Source: Paecilomyces variotii (taxonomy: Eukaryota). From it: a DNA stretch of 64,000 nucleotides. The stretch is from assembly GCA_004022145.1 (NCBI GenBank), contig RCNU01000004.1. One strand, given 5' to 3'. Positions 25,406 to 37,367 of this stretch are shown one piece after another. How positions within the stretch are numbered: the stretch's first letter is position 1; each line of letters begins with the position of its first letter. The notes under the pieces are model-generated. The model saw only the letters and a program-made list of their open reading frames with translations, did no database searches and was not told where the DNA came from. The position numbers were made by a program, and so were the translations under genes.

Positions 25406-25687
25406 TTCCGTGGCGTGTATTTCTTCTGTTCTTGCATCGTGGTGTTCACATATTCTGTTAAGAAGTCTAAGTACAGTGTTATTACTGGGCAGTTTGACAA
25501 TGCTCAGTGTGCTTAAGCCACACTAGCTACAACATGGATACATTATTGAATTGGTCTTCCAGTTGTCAATGGTTCTTTGCTCCACAGTCCATGGAACTAC
25601 TCTACTCTGGTAGCTCAAATATCGTATTTCTGCAGATGTATCGCATATTGCCCAATCAATCATTCGACAATTGTAGAAAGTATCATT

Positions 25688-25765
25688 ACGCGGTGGGGTT
25701 GGAGACACGCTATGCACGTAATTAAAACCGCGAACGCGGGACAACCCGCGCAGCAACGCGCGACT
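25688..25765. promoter_or_regulatory. Cluster of MCB-like CGCG motifs upstream of SLD2
   Basis: ACGCGG, CCGCGAACGCGG, CCCGCG and AACGCGCG about 150-220 bp upstream of the ATG. Confidence 0.6.
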
Positions 25766-25910
25766 CCCGCTGATATCACAGGGACCGCATTGTGCTGCAG
25801 CCCCCTGGCAGCCACGAATTCTCGTCTTTTTGCATTTTCACAACGACATTTCTACTCTATTGGATAGTCGAGATTCTGATTTTGTGCTATCTACCATACA
25901 TGCTGAAATT

Positions 25911-27570
25911 ATGGCGAACGCGGACGTGCTACTCCCGGCGAGCAGCGCCGATGTCACGGCGCAGTCCACAGCTTTACGCGCGGAACTGAGGAATGGGAGA
26001 GGGCATTTGCAGCTGCAAATGGAGGAAAGAAGGCCGGTCGTGACGATATCAAACAGAACCCAGAAATTGGTATGTTTTGTTCGAGTCTGCCCACGGGGTT
26101 GGAAGCTGGGTGATTGTGGATCCCTTGCTGAACCTGGTTACTTGTGACCTAGCTGCGAAGTACAAAGCGTATGCCCGCCTACGGTCAGAAGAATCGTCGA
26201 CAAATCGAAATGGGAAGGCAGAAAAAGAAGCTTCGAAGAAGAGGAAACATGGCTCTCCTACGGGGCCTGGGAATGCACTCAATGCCACGACGCCACGAAA
26301 GGCAGCCAGAGGAGACATGCTCACTCCGCAGAAGTCTCGATTGTTTGACGTTCATCCATCTCAACTGGACCCTTACGATTCGCCTTCCACGTTGCGTAGG
26401 CTCTTCAGCCCGAGTACACATCGACAGACGTCGGCGTCGCCCTTACCACTGAAAACCGCAATCGGTCCTACACCGCAGAGAGATGGGAAGGCACTGGGGC
26501 TATTCGATCTATTGTCTGCATCAGGTGGTAGCACTGCGACACCATCAGCGAAACGCGTATCAGACGTCACAGCAGCAAACATACAGACTCCGTCAAGAAA
26601 AAGGATGGATACCATCAAGGAAGGAGAAGAGGATGATGATGACGAGGATAACTTTCTTTTCAAACGCACGCCAGCCTCAGAAAGCAAGAGATTTCTACTG
26701 TCCAACTTCTTTGCCACACCAACGACTATGCGCTACGCTGCGATGGTTGAAGAGGAGGAGGGATTGCAGAACAAGGGTGTTGGTCAGACAGCCCCCAATG
26801 ACTTAGGATCTGAAGAGCGAACTTCTGAGACGCCGTCTTTCCTGAGACGGTCTACCTCCGGCCGTATGGGCCCACCAGATGCTGCTCCAGGTGCATCGGG
26901 ATTGAGTCCGGTTGCGGTGCGCAAGCCACCGAGATTATTTGGCAAGAGCCTTAGTGCGTTGGTGCAGGGACTTCGTGACATGGAGGAAGAACAAATGGAC
27001 GATGACTGGGAAATTCTCAAAGAGATTGAAGCTGAGCAACTCGCGGAAGCAACCGCAAACGATGTTCAAGAGGGTGATAGTCAAGCTCCTGAAACACAAC
27101 AAACATGGAAGAAGAAGGGCCAGAAACGAACAACGCGACGGGTGATTATGAGGCCTGTTATATCGAAACCGAAACCAGCCCCTGAATGGAAGGCTCCTGG
27201 AGACGGTGCAGAGAGTGAAGACGAGAGTGGTGTACCGGGGACGCAGGTTGAGAAGCAGAACGGAGGCCAGGACGAAAGCGCAAATGATGTAGCCTCGGAC
27301 CCCGATCCAGATTCAGACCCAGACTACGACGGGGATGACAGCAGCGTCAAAAAGACATCGAGCTTTTCAGAAAAGATGAAGGCGGCGTTTTCATCTGTCC
27401 TTAACATCAAGAATAATGACAAAAGCGCCGTATCAGCAACCCCCGAGGACGGAAAACCGAAGAAGCCTGCAGCAAGGAAAGTTAATCCTGAAGCACACGC
27501 GAACTATAGATCACTAAAGATTCGAAACAAGAATTCGAAAGGGAGAGGAAGATTCGGTCGACGGAGATAG
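25911..27570 (+). CDS. SLD2: DNA replication regulator Sld2/Drc1; apparent 1-nt deletion at ~25989
   Basis: LRAEL/EWERAFAAANGGKKAGRDDIKQNPEI|AAKYKAY, IGPTPQRDGKALGLFDL, many S/T-P sites, KKKGQKRTTRRVIMRP and NYRSLKIRNK. Intron ~26070-26152. Confidence 0.9.
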
Positions 27571-27928
27571 ATCCGTTGTGGGAGGTGCATAACAGCATCT
27601 GCCTTTTTTTTTTAATGCTTATGACTGACGACAACTTTTGCATACCCGGATCCTTATACAAGCAAATAGAAGTTTTGGAGACCTGTTTTCTACATCTGAT
27701 GTTCCAGAACATGGTAGATCGTATTTACATTGCTGCACTATACGACACAGTATCCCACCTATGGCGGGAGCTGCTGTGGTGCTACACCCAGCCAGACCAT
27801 ATATATGTACATATGCAGGACTCTTCCTTGCGTCCTCAACGCCAACTAATTATCAAGGGGTATAATGCGTATCGCCATGCTTTCCAACCCATAATTTCCT
27901 TCCCCAGAAGCTGTAGGCTGTTGTTTGC

Positions 27929-29076
27929 CTAGTCGGGCTGATACCGCTCCCGCGCCGACTGTAGTCTCCTGGCCCGGGCAAGCGCTTCACGGGAAGCACT
28001 CCGTCGATTTCGAGGAGATTGGGGCTTTGATACTCGTGAAGATTGGGAGCCACTTCTTTGTCTGCCAACAGGAGTCGATGAGGCGCGAGAAGATGCAGTA
28101 CTGCTGCGTTCTGAACTGGCAGTCGAAGGCCCGGCTTGGCCTATAGTATCCCCATATTGTACATTCCGGTCCCAATCCTGCAGAGAGGTGTAAGGACTTC
28201 GTAGCCACGCTTGTAGCTCGTGCAGGAATAATCGAGCATTGTCCCTGCCTATGAATTCCTGGAGTAATTCCTCCGCCTGGCCCGCACTGCCCTTTATATC
28301 GACTGTCCGCAGTATTGCAATGATATATTCCAGCAGGAACTCTGCATTGTTTGCCCTGCGCGACGAGAGCCTCTGTTCTCCTGCCCGTCCAACTCTCTGT
28401 GTACCACTATCCTCTCCGTCAGGATTTAAGAAACTAAAGACTTGCAATTCCCGCCTGATCCATTTCCGGGCCCGTGAGACAAGTTCTTCGTCTTCGTTAA
28501 ATAGTTGGGGTGTAAGCTCCCGATATTTAGATAGCCGGTTCGAGCCGACGCGTAGAGAAAAGAGCTGGTGGCGGTATACCTGTCGTCGTCGTATCAACGG
28601 GTCATCTGGCTCCGGGGCTCTGGGACGCGGAACGCGCCTTCGCGGACGGGGACCATGGCGTTCGAGAAATCGAGCGAAATCGGGCTGTGACGGCTGCGAA
28701 GCAGCAGTTGTTGATGGTGGTTTGAGTTGCTTGGGGAGGCGATAAATCTTTGGACCTGCCGCTGCTTGGAGGTCATACTTCACTGCAGTGATTTCACTTT
28801 TGCCTGAAACTCTTCATTAGCCTGTACTTACATTACTGAGCGAAAATAAAACTTAGGAAACAACCTACAAAGAGGACAAGAAGGACGCTGTTCCAGCCAG
28901 CTAACAAGACACAGAAAGTCGAAGTTGGCATGCTTGCATGGTATTGTGACTCCGGGCTCAGTGATGGTATCTAGACATATGACGCAGGGATTGGCGGCGC
29001 CATTTTCATCCTCATGGGCTACCTCCTGCAGCGTCTTCTTGAGGATTTCCTGTTGCAGATCTCCACCGTCGTCCAT
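27929..29076 (-). CDS. RING finger E3 ligase-like protein, 1 intron
   Basis: CVICLD..PCKHANFDFLCLVSWLEQRPSCPL|CK, plus C-terminal ARLFLHELQAWLRSPY. Confidence 0.88.
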
Positions 29077-29339
29077 GGGATCAGTGTTCCAAATTGCACA
29101 CGAAAAGACTGCCTGCTCTATGTTCTGGATATCCAGTTGTCTCCGTCATTTGGGAGGCAACTGCCGAAGTCACGTTTTTCGGCGGGAGCTTCGCGGGCGT
29201 GGCGCGCCGGGCGGTGTCTCTTCGGAAGTGGGCATTATCGAGGAAGGTGCTTAACTGCCGGCCATATAATAATACTGTCTGCCCAGGAGCAACTCTGTGG
29301 ACTTCAGCTACAAGTGGCGACTATGGCCGTTGCATAGTG

Positions 29340-31361
29340 ATGTCCAACCCTGCTAAATCAGCAGTCTCTGCTGTGTCCGCAATCAAGCGTCAATCCGCCG
29401 CCATGCCGCCGCAGTTCAACGGGCCTTCCAACGGCGATTCTCGTCGCCCGCAGACGTACACGATCACTGGCTTGAAAAGATGGTCAGTCGTGAACAAAGA
29501 AATACCCGGTAGGTTTGTTTGTGTGCTGTATTCATGATCTATGTCACTTAGCTAACTGATTTGTGTGCTTGACAGCCGTGTCGCAAATTAGGGCGATCCA
29601 TGTCTACGACTTCGACAATACATGTGAGTAGCAGTTCCCACCCACGTGCCAATACACGACAATTAATTATATTGCTAGTGTTTCTAAGCCCTTTGCCAAA
29701 CCCTCAACTGTGGAACGGCCAGACCGTCGGCTTTCTTCAGATATACGAAAGCTTTGCCAATGGAGGATGGTGGCACGACCCGAATTTGCTCGCAGCGACG
29801 GGCGAGGGTTCTGAGGTGGAAGAAGCTCGAGGATGGAAGGGGTGGTGGAATGAACATATTGTAGGTTGTTTTTTTCTTTCCGGCCCTGTCCTGAACATTG
29901 CGTACTAAGGAGTTGAAAGGTGCAACTGGTCGAACTGAGCATGCAGCAGAAGGATGCTCTCACTGTTCTCCTCACCGGACGCAGCGAGGCTGGTTTTGCA
30001 GATATAATCAAACGGATGGTGACGAGCAGAAAGCTTGACTTTGATCTCGTTTGCCTAAAGCCCGAAGTTGGACCCAACAACCAGAGGTTTTTCTCGACGA
30101 TGAACTTCAAGCAGACGCTGCTCGAGGACCTGGTACTCACGTACAAGCAAGCAGACGAGATTCGGATATATGAGGACCGCGTGAAACAGTAAGTCCACGT
30201 TATCATCCCATCATCTGCGAGTCGCTAATACGATATAGCGTGAGAGCCTTCCGAGAATACTTTGAGAAGCTAAACAGGTCTCTTCTGTCAACGCAACCTT
30301 CAGCCCCTAGAAAGCCTATTGTCGCTGAAGTCATACAGGTAGCAGAAGGATGCACATTCCTTGCTCCTGTGACCGAGACAGCGGAGGTCCAGCGCATGAT
30401 TAATGCCCATAACATCTCTTTCAAGGACTCGGGTCTGAATAAAACCAGATCACCTTATGGTCGACTGCAGATAAAGCGAACGGTTTTCTATACCGGATAC
30501 CTCATCTCCAATGCTGATTCTTCCCGGCTAATCAGTCAGCTACTGCATCCTCTTCTGCCCCCTGGGCTTGCTGATTCCAATGATTTGAAGTACATGGCTA
30601 ACAACATCCTGATCACACCACGACCAGCACCTAAATCAATCCTCGACAAAGTGGGTGGAATGGGCAAAAAGCTAAGTTGGCAAGTCACTGGTACAGCAGT
30701 GTTTGAAAACAAGCTGTGGGCTGCTCGGGTTACCCCCGTCCCTGAGACGGAAAAGTATTATACTGAAAACCCGGTGCCCGTTATTGTGCTAGCAGTGCGT
30801 AAAGGTGCTCGTCCTATAGACGCTGGAAAGATTCAGAACTGGCACCCTGTTCCTGCAGAAAAGGCATTTGTCTTCGACACAGTTGTCGGCGAGAAGGTTG
30901 TCCTACGCGTGGAGGAAGAAGACCCTGATGAGGGTGAATGGGAAAGCCAGTTCATGAACAAAAGCCACAAGCGGCGTCACCAGCAAGACTATCGTGATGA
31001 AGATGTCGTATACCCACCATCCAAAGATAACCAGACCAACAGCTACAACAATCCTTATGAAGCTCTGTCCTATGGCCGTCATCATCATCATCATCACCAA
31101 CATCAGCGACACGGTCATTTCCATGATGACGGTGCTCGACGTGGTGGAGGACACTTCAGAGGCGGCCGTGGACGCGGTGGGGGAGGACGAGGCAAAGGCT
31201 CGAACTCCGGACGCGGTGGTGGCGGTCGAGGCAGAGGTCGCGGCCGCGACGGTGGTGGGCCCCCTCCGGGATATAAGTCCCTTGATGACTATGGTGGTTA
31301 TGATGGTGGATACGAAGACCGTAATGGCGGTGGAGGCGGAGTGCCTGTCATGAATTATTGA
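29340..31361 (+). CDS. HAD-superfamily (Swiss Army Knife RNA repair-like HAD) protein with RGG tail, 4 introns
   Basis: IHVYDFDNT|LFLSPLPN, LLTGR, IRIYEDR and a C-terminal His-rich and RGG-rich region. Confidence 0.85.
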
Positions 31362-31860
31362 TCGATTTCTTGATAGTGGTTCTCTCGTCCGAGTTCCTCT
31401 CAGAGGAGTTGCCCCGGTGTGATTCGCAATATGCCTTGATATAGGCTTTGTTATAACGACATTGTACCTCTATATTCCTCGCGATCTATGTTACTTTTAC
31501 ATATCCTCAGCGACGAGTTGTCAGCATCGACTGCATCTGACCTTTGTCAGTTGAGAATGGCGTACGTGAGATGCGGCTTTGGCGTGCTTATGGGAATGGG
31601 CCAACAATCGGCGAACTACTGAAATAGTGTTGCTTTAGCACGTTCTCGTGCACCTGTTTAAGTGGTATGAATAGAATTTTATACATTAACCAGTTACGCG
31701 TGGCGCCCTCTTGTATTCGAAGTATCACAGTCTCTAGCATTTCGAGACGGAGGCACACGCCACCCTCGATAGGAACGTCCTGATGACGGGAATTCTATGA
31801 CTCAGTGTATAGGAAGTGCCTAGGCACTTGGAGATCACACATGTGATATATGCGTGGCAC

Positions 31861-33708
31861 TCAAATGCTGGAAGCTTCATGTCTTTCCCTGGCAGGAAGC
31901 TTCAAAAGATGCCGTATAAGGTCATCAAAGATTTCAGACGACGCTATTTCTGAAACGTTCCCAGCGTCCTTACACCTCCAAAGAACTATACCGTCTGGAC
32001 GGACAAGAACAGCTCCTGAAGAATCGATTCCACATAGGCGAAACCAATCCCTGTCCATATCCAAGTCTGCTGTGGGCTCGATAGTCTCGATCTTCACCAG
32101 ATCGCTGTGGAGTTCCGTCCAGGGCTCCTCTGCCATGGAGATGAGGACGCATTTCTCGGTATCCAGGAGATCCCAGGTTGATATTTGCTTCGCCCCTCGC
32201 TTGAGCCATGCGTGAGGCACATGATGGCCTGGAAGAGCGGACGGGAAATACTCCGTTACGACCATGTCGCCCCTTTCCGTAGTCTGGCCGCCGTGGTGAC
32301 TCTTTGCGCCTTCTCCATATATGTCGAGACTAGGATAGAACCATCCTATCTCTGCGCCGGGGGCATGGAACTCTGTATCGAGGATCTCCTGGGCTTTCTC
32401 CACGGCATCACGAAGCTTGTCTCCTCCTGGGTCTGCCTTGTCCAAGAAGGCAGCTACTGATTTTATATTATCCTCTGGCGCAGCATCTGGAAGTATTCCC
32501 AGAGCACGATCCATGACTAGACTATGGTTTCGAAGGTTGGTCAGACTGGAGTGAGCGACTCGTAGAGCAATAGGTCGGCGTTCTTCCTCGTAGGAATTCA
32601 ACAATGCATCGTATTTCCCTTCCTCAGATTTGCTAGTCTTCACGGCCATTGCCAGCTTCCAAGCCAGGTTCTGGACATCCTGCAAACCCGTATTTAGACC
32701 TAGAGCACCCCATGGAGGGATCCTATGAGCAGTGTCCCCTGCGAGGAAGACCCTGCCTCCCCTGCTCCTGAACCTCTCTGCCACGATCGAGTTCACGAAC
32801 CAGTGGCTCACGCTCTTCAGCTCGATTTCCAGCTTCGGAATCTTAAGCGTCCGATGTATCCGCTTGATCATGTCCTCTGTCCCAAATTTCTGCGGATCAC
32901 TAGGGTTCAGAGCGCAGGCGAACATCCATTCTTCCGTGTTTGGCTCCATGGGGTACGGGCCAACATGGTATAGAAATCCGGTACTGATGCTACCTCCCAG
33001 GCTAGGATCGATGAACCATGAAATCAGGACATCGGGATCTGGATGGTATCGACTAATAGGAGCTCTGATATGAGCTGACACCATGTCAACAATATCTCTT
33101 TCTCCCTCCATCTTGATCCCCAGTGCCTCAGCAGCCATCTTTCCGCCATCAGCAGCGACAACGTATCGTGCTTCGACACTTTCTTCCTTTCCCTCATCGT
33201 CTCCGCCATCAATTTGATTCCTCCCATACCGCACCCGCAACTTCACTGCGTCATTACCCTCTTCAATTCCCACGACTGTCGCCCCATTGATAATTCCTTC
33301 GGGATTCAGTTCCTTCGCACGCTTATGCAGAATAGGCTCTAGTCGTATCTGCGGCAAGATGGTATAATCGCACGGACTAGCTCGTTTATACTCCTCGGCA
33401 TATCTGCCACCACCACATTCATTTCGCTTGAAGATCTGACGTCCATCGGGTCCCAAACTCGTGTACCACGCTGTACTACGGAAGGAGTCCGCCGGTGCTC
33501 GAATACGCTTGACGTCCTCCTCGATGCCTAGAGACCGGAAGAATTCGACACTGCGCTGATTCAGACCGACTGCCTTGGGATGGATCGACGTGGAGTAGTA
33601 CCGCTCAAACAGTACGTGTGGGATATCTCGGGAGGAGAGGGAGATGGAGGTCGCGAGGCCGACAGGTCCGCCGCCGATGATGGCTACTGGATATACTGTT
33701 TGTGACAT
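31861..33708 (-). CDS. FAD-dependent phenol hydroxylase (PheA/TfdB-like monooxygenase)
   Basis: GGGPVG, VVAADGG, RVFLAGDTAHRIPPWGALGLNTGLQDVQNLAWK and C-terminal GAVLVRPDG. Intronless, 615 aa. Confidence 0.93.
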   Translation of the reverse strand: MSQTVYPVAIIGGGPVGLATSISLSSRDIPHVLFERYYSTSIHPKAVGLNQRSVEFFRSLGIEEDVKRIRAPADSFRSTAWYTSLGPDGRQIFKRNECGGGRYAEEYKRASPCDYTILPQIRLEPILHKRAKELNPEGIINGATVVGIEEGNDAVKLRVRYGRNQIDGGDDEGKEESVEARYVVAADGGKMAAEALGIKMEGERDIVDMVSAHIRAPISRYHPDPDVLISWFIDPSLGGSISTGFLYHVGPYPMEPNTEEWMFACALNPSDPQKFGTEDMIKRIHRTLKIPKLEIELKSVSHWFVNSIVAERFRSRGGRVFLAGDTAHRIPPWGALGLNTGLQDVQNLAWKLAMAVKTSKSEEGKYDALLNSYEEERRPIALRVAHSSLTNLRNHSLVMDRALGILPDAAPEDNIKSVAAFLDKADPGGDKLRDAVEKAQEILDTEFHAPGAEIGWFYPSLDIYGEGAKSHHGGQTTERGDMVVTEYFPSALPGHHVPHAWLKRGAKQISTWDLLDTEKCVLISMAEEPWTELHSDLVKIETIEPTADLDMDRDWFRLCGIDSSGAVLVRPDGIVLWRCKDAGNVSEIASSEIFDDLIRHLLKLPARERHEASSI

Positions 33709-34327
33709 GGTCTTTCCTTATTCCGTAGAACAAGACAGGACTATATAGTAGAGTATCTTTGTCTAGGCATTTTCTTCCTCACCACCATACTATTTAACAA
33801 TAACGGCTGAGCTGCACTAGCATAAAAAGAAAGTAATATCGGCCCGATTCACGCGCAGACAGACCTCCTAGTTTCATAGGCTCCGCTCTTTTTTGCCGGG
33901 CATCATCTTTCTCGTCGCAGCTACAGGTAGCTCAGGATCGTTAGAGTCCATTGGTTGCATCCCCTGTCTTGTGCCGAATCTAGTGTCTTACCTGATTGAT
34001 AAAACGGAGCGGTTTAATGCAAGTTCCCCCCGTCTTCCCGAAATCTATGGGCGAGCAGCACCAATCATCTTCTTTTGGAGGTGGTGGAGGGGAAATAATA
34101 GCACTCATCCAAGAGGAGATTTGATATAGGGTAGATTAGGTAGCTTATGATACAGGATGGTATCTAGTGAGTGTTTGTGTCGAATCCTATAGCCTATAAG
34201 ACTGAAGCAACGATATGGTTGGAATACACCTCATAGCTAGCTAGTAGCTAGGTTGCTTGGCTTAATTACTTGCTTGCTTGCTCATTACTTGCATATTTAC
34301 TTGTATACTTGCTTGACCGTAGATCTA

Positions 34328-34356
<29 letters not shown>
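34328..34356 (+). repeat. Poly-G tract (~29 G)
   Basis: Directly visible homopolymer, preceded by TTGC/TTAC low-complexity repeats. Confidence 0.9.
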
Positions 34357-34360
<4 letters not shown>

Positions 34361-35162
34361 CCACCTATTTATCTCTTATAGCGTCAAAAGAATCTAGACC
34401 CTAGTGATCAGGTAAGATCACCCGCGCACTTATTTTTAAGCCGATAGCCTGTGTACGTAAAGTTTTCTAAAATTGGAGACTTATGATGGTGGATTGTTGC
34501 ATTACTGCATCTTCAAAAATATACAGAACGCATATTGCCCTCCGCCATTACCGATGTCATCACACGATTATTATCTCCATCACAGTCACGCTGTCTTTAA
34601 TTACATACTTTCAATCTGTAGAGAATAACTGTCTTGCCTACTTAATTCTTGGTAATCCTCTCCATGTAACTAAAAATGGTAGTTAGAACATAACTACCTA
34701 GTTAAACCGCACCACCCCGTACGATAGTACCACCATACATAGTGGCGTTCTCGGACCAAGGGCCTACCAGACTTCAGCATTAAATTTCACTGCAATAAAA
34801 TATAACTCTAGACTACAGTTTGTTTTTGTTACACGGTATTATTTAAAAAAATCATAAAGCTTTAGCTGCGAAGAACCATGGAACGCGCATTATTGACTGT
34901 GGCCGTGTGGAGGATGTGGGGGGTGGGGCCCCTTCTCCGCAATCTTGAATGGGGATCGAACTCATGATAGAACAAGTTCAACAAGTAAATAATAATAAGT
35001 TAATGAATTATGCAGCGACGGGAGTTATCAATCAAAAGTCAGGATCACGACAGGTAAGTTACGAGACGGCAGGATTACTGTGTTTCTCAGAAAGTATAAG
35101 GTGATAGTTCCATATGCTAGAATATGGATCATAAACATCTAAGTCAATCATGATTAGATTAA

Positions 35163-36336
35163 TTAATCATGCGTCTTCCTTTTCTTGACTTCCTGCTTAT
35201 CAGCAAGGATAAAGTGATGCTCGAGAAGCCAGAATCCTTCCCTGTCCTGCCCGTCGATTTTTCGAGTAATGGGCGTAGTCTTGTGCACCTTGGCCATTTC
35301 TAGATCCTCACACCAGACTATATCCTTGGTGAGACTGCTTTTCGCACCGAAGACGGGATCGAGGACGAGACGCGGTGATTCGCGGTTATAGAGGGCTGTA
35401 TTAAGCTTCTCGAACGAGGGGTGGGAGATGAGGAAGTGCTGTTTGTGGTGAAAGAGGAATTGTTAGTGTTTCGTTCTGATTTTGCGGTTGAGAATGAACC
35501 AAGAAAAGGGGAATGGCGTACCACATGCGCAGGCCTGTAAGCCTGTCTATTTAATAGATCGAGCACCTTACCCACCGGTCCATCATATGGGACTGGGTAA
35601 TCTACTGGTTTGACACCATTAATGTAGAACCTTCCTTGTTCATCTGAGTAGAACCGCCCTCTGCAGTCTGGTCCATCCTTTTCTGGGTCCTGCATATCGT
35701 AGTGGCCGTTCCCGTTCGTTTCCCAAATATCCAGCAATGCTCCCTGGATGGCGTTACCTCTGAGGTCTTTTACTGTTCCGCGAATGAGCATCGACTCTCC
35801 GGCTCCAGTGGACGAGATCGAATCGCCATTCTCGAAGAAGTGCGAGTCGTTGTGGAATGGTCCTAGGACGGAAGACTCGGTTGTCCCGGGAGCTTGTCGG
35901 GAGTTGATGGTGTCCACGAGGGCGGATATACCGAGCACGTCGGATAGGAGAATCATCTCCTGTCGATCTGGCGAGCACGCTTGGCCGACCTGTGAATAAA
36001 GCTATTAGCTTGAATTCTATCCAGACGATACAACGAAATAGAAAATCATAATAAATCTCCCAATCGTACGCAGAAAAAAAAATATAAACAAACACTAACC
36101 TCCGTCAAGAACTGCCACGAGGCTTCCCACTCATCTCTCTGCAAGTCGACTTCCCGGGCGAAATCATGCGCATGTTGGATCAGTTTTGAAAAAATGAATT
36201 TGATACGCTCGTTACTGATGTTGGAGCTGATCTTGATCACATGCTGTGTGAGATTGTCCGCCGTGAGATCCTCCAGCTTTGCACCGTTGGTCTCCGTGCT
36301 GTTTATAGAGGACGGCGCTCCCTCCGCTGATGGCAT
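35163..36336 (-). CDS. Intradiol ring-cleavage dioxygenase (hydroxyquinol/catechol 1,2-dioxygenase), 2 introns
   Basis: ILLSDVLGISALVD, TESSVLGPF, GHYDMQ, DYPVPYDGPVG and RPAHV|HF, containing the two Tyr and two His Fe ligands. Confidence 0.93.
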
Positions 36337-37367
36337 TTTCTCTGATTGCTTCTTCTATATTCTGGTTCAACTGAAGCTGGAGAGACTCTTCGAAGAATCA
36401 ATTGGCGATCTGGTTCGCTTTACTTGCGTATAAAAGTATTCTGGGGGAAGCTAACTATAGCAAGGTCTCTCAGGAGGGGTCGGGTGAAGCGTATAACACC
36501 AAAAAGTAGCAACACAAAAAACAACCGTAAGCTTTTCAGACGAGCAGCTGCTCCCTCCTTTAACATTGGAAAAACACCTCATACCATCGCGTCAGCCAAG
36601 GACAATATAGTTGGACTAACAGTTAGTCAAATCAAGGGCCTGCATGATACTACCACATGCTATCCACAAGAGCAACGCCTAGTGAGAAGCAACGATCTTC
36701 CTCAAGGCTAATTCGACGAAAAATTGACGGAGGTACGACAACAGGTGGGGAGAATTGGAGTGTAGGAGAATCGACTCTGACTCTGAGAGAGCTGATACGC
36801 AGCCCCACATGCATCTCCCGTGGAGAGCTTCGGGAAGGGAAAGACGGCAATCTCTCTTCTGGATCGACCGAAAGTCTCATGTAATTGCCCAATAGATGGA
36901 AAGATATTACAGGTCAGCAGTACATACTACAGAGGGAGAAAAGGCCAAAGAGAGAAGACGGGCTAGAGCCCGCTGCGGGATAGCCTACTGGTGCTCGCTC
37001 ATACGCCTCTTCGCCGATGCATATTGCTGGAAATAGACAGCCAGTCGGCGTGTATTGAGTATAGGGCCTCTATTACTCTAGAGACACATTCTAACGGCCA
37101 ATTCCTACTGCTACATGCTGCTGACGGAGTAAATGAGATGGAGAGATTGCATTATTCGAATAATTTCGACTGATATGTTTCGGATCTATATTACATACCG
37201 TGGATAACTGTCACAAGGACAGTATCCGCCATTGAGTTTCATCATATTCCATTATAGCACCATACAACGTGTGTAGGTCCCGAATGGAGGTTACAAGGAG
37301 GTAGGAAACGACATGGACGAATCGGCCAATGGAACTGTTCTCATTCGCGGGACGTGATTAAAGTCAT

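Noticed and set aside
25983-25995. Programmed Ty1-like frameshift at CTG AGG in SLD2
   Set aside because: Ty1-type sites give +1 shifts, whereas -1 is needed here, and there is no slippery heptamer.
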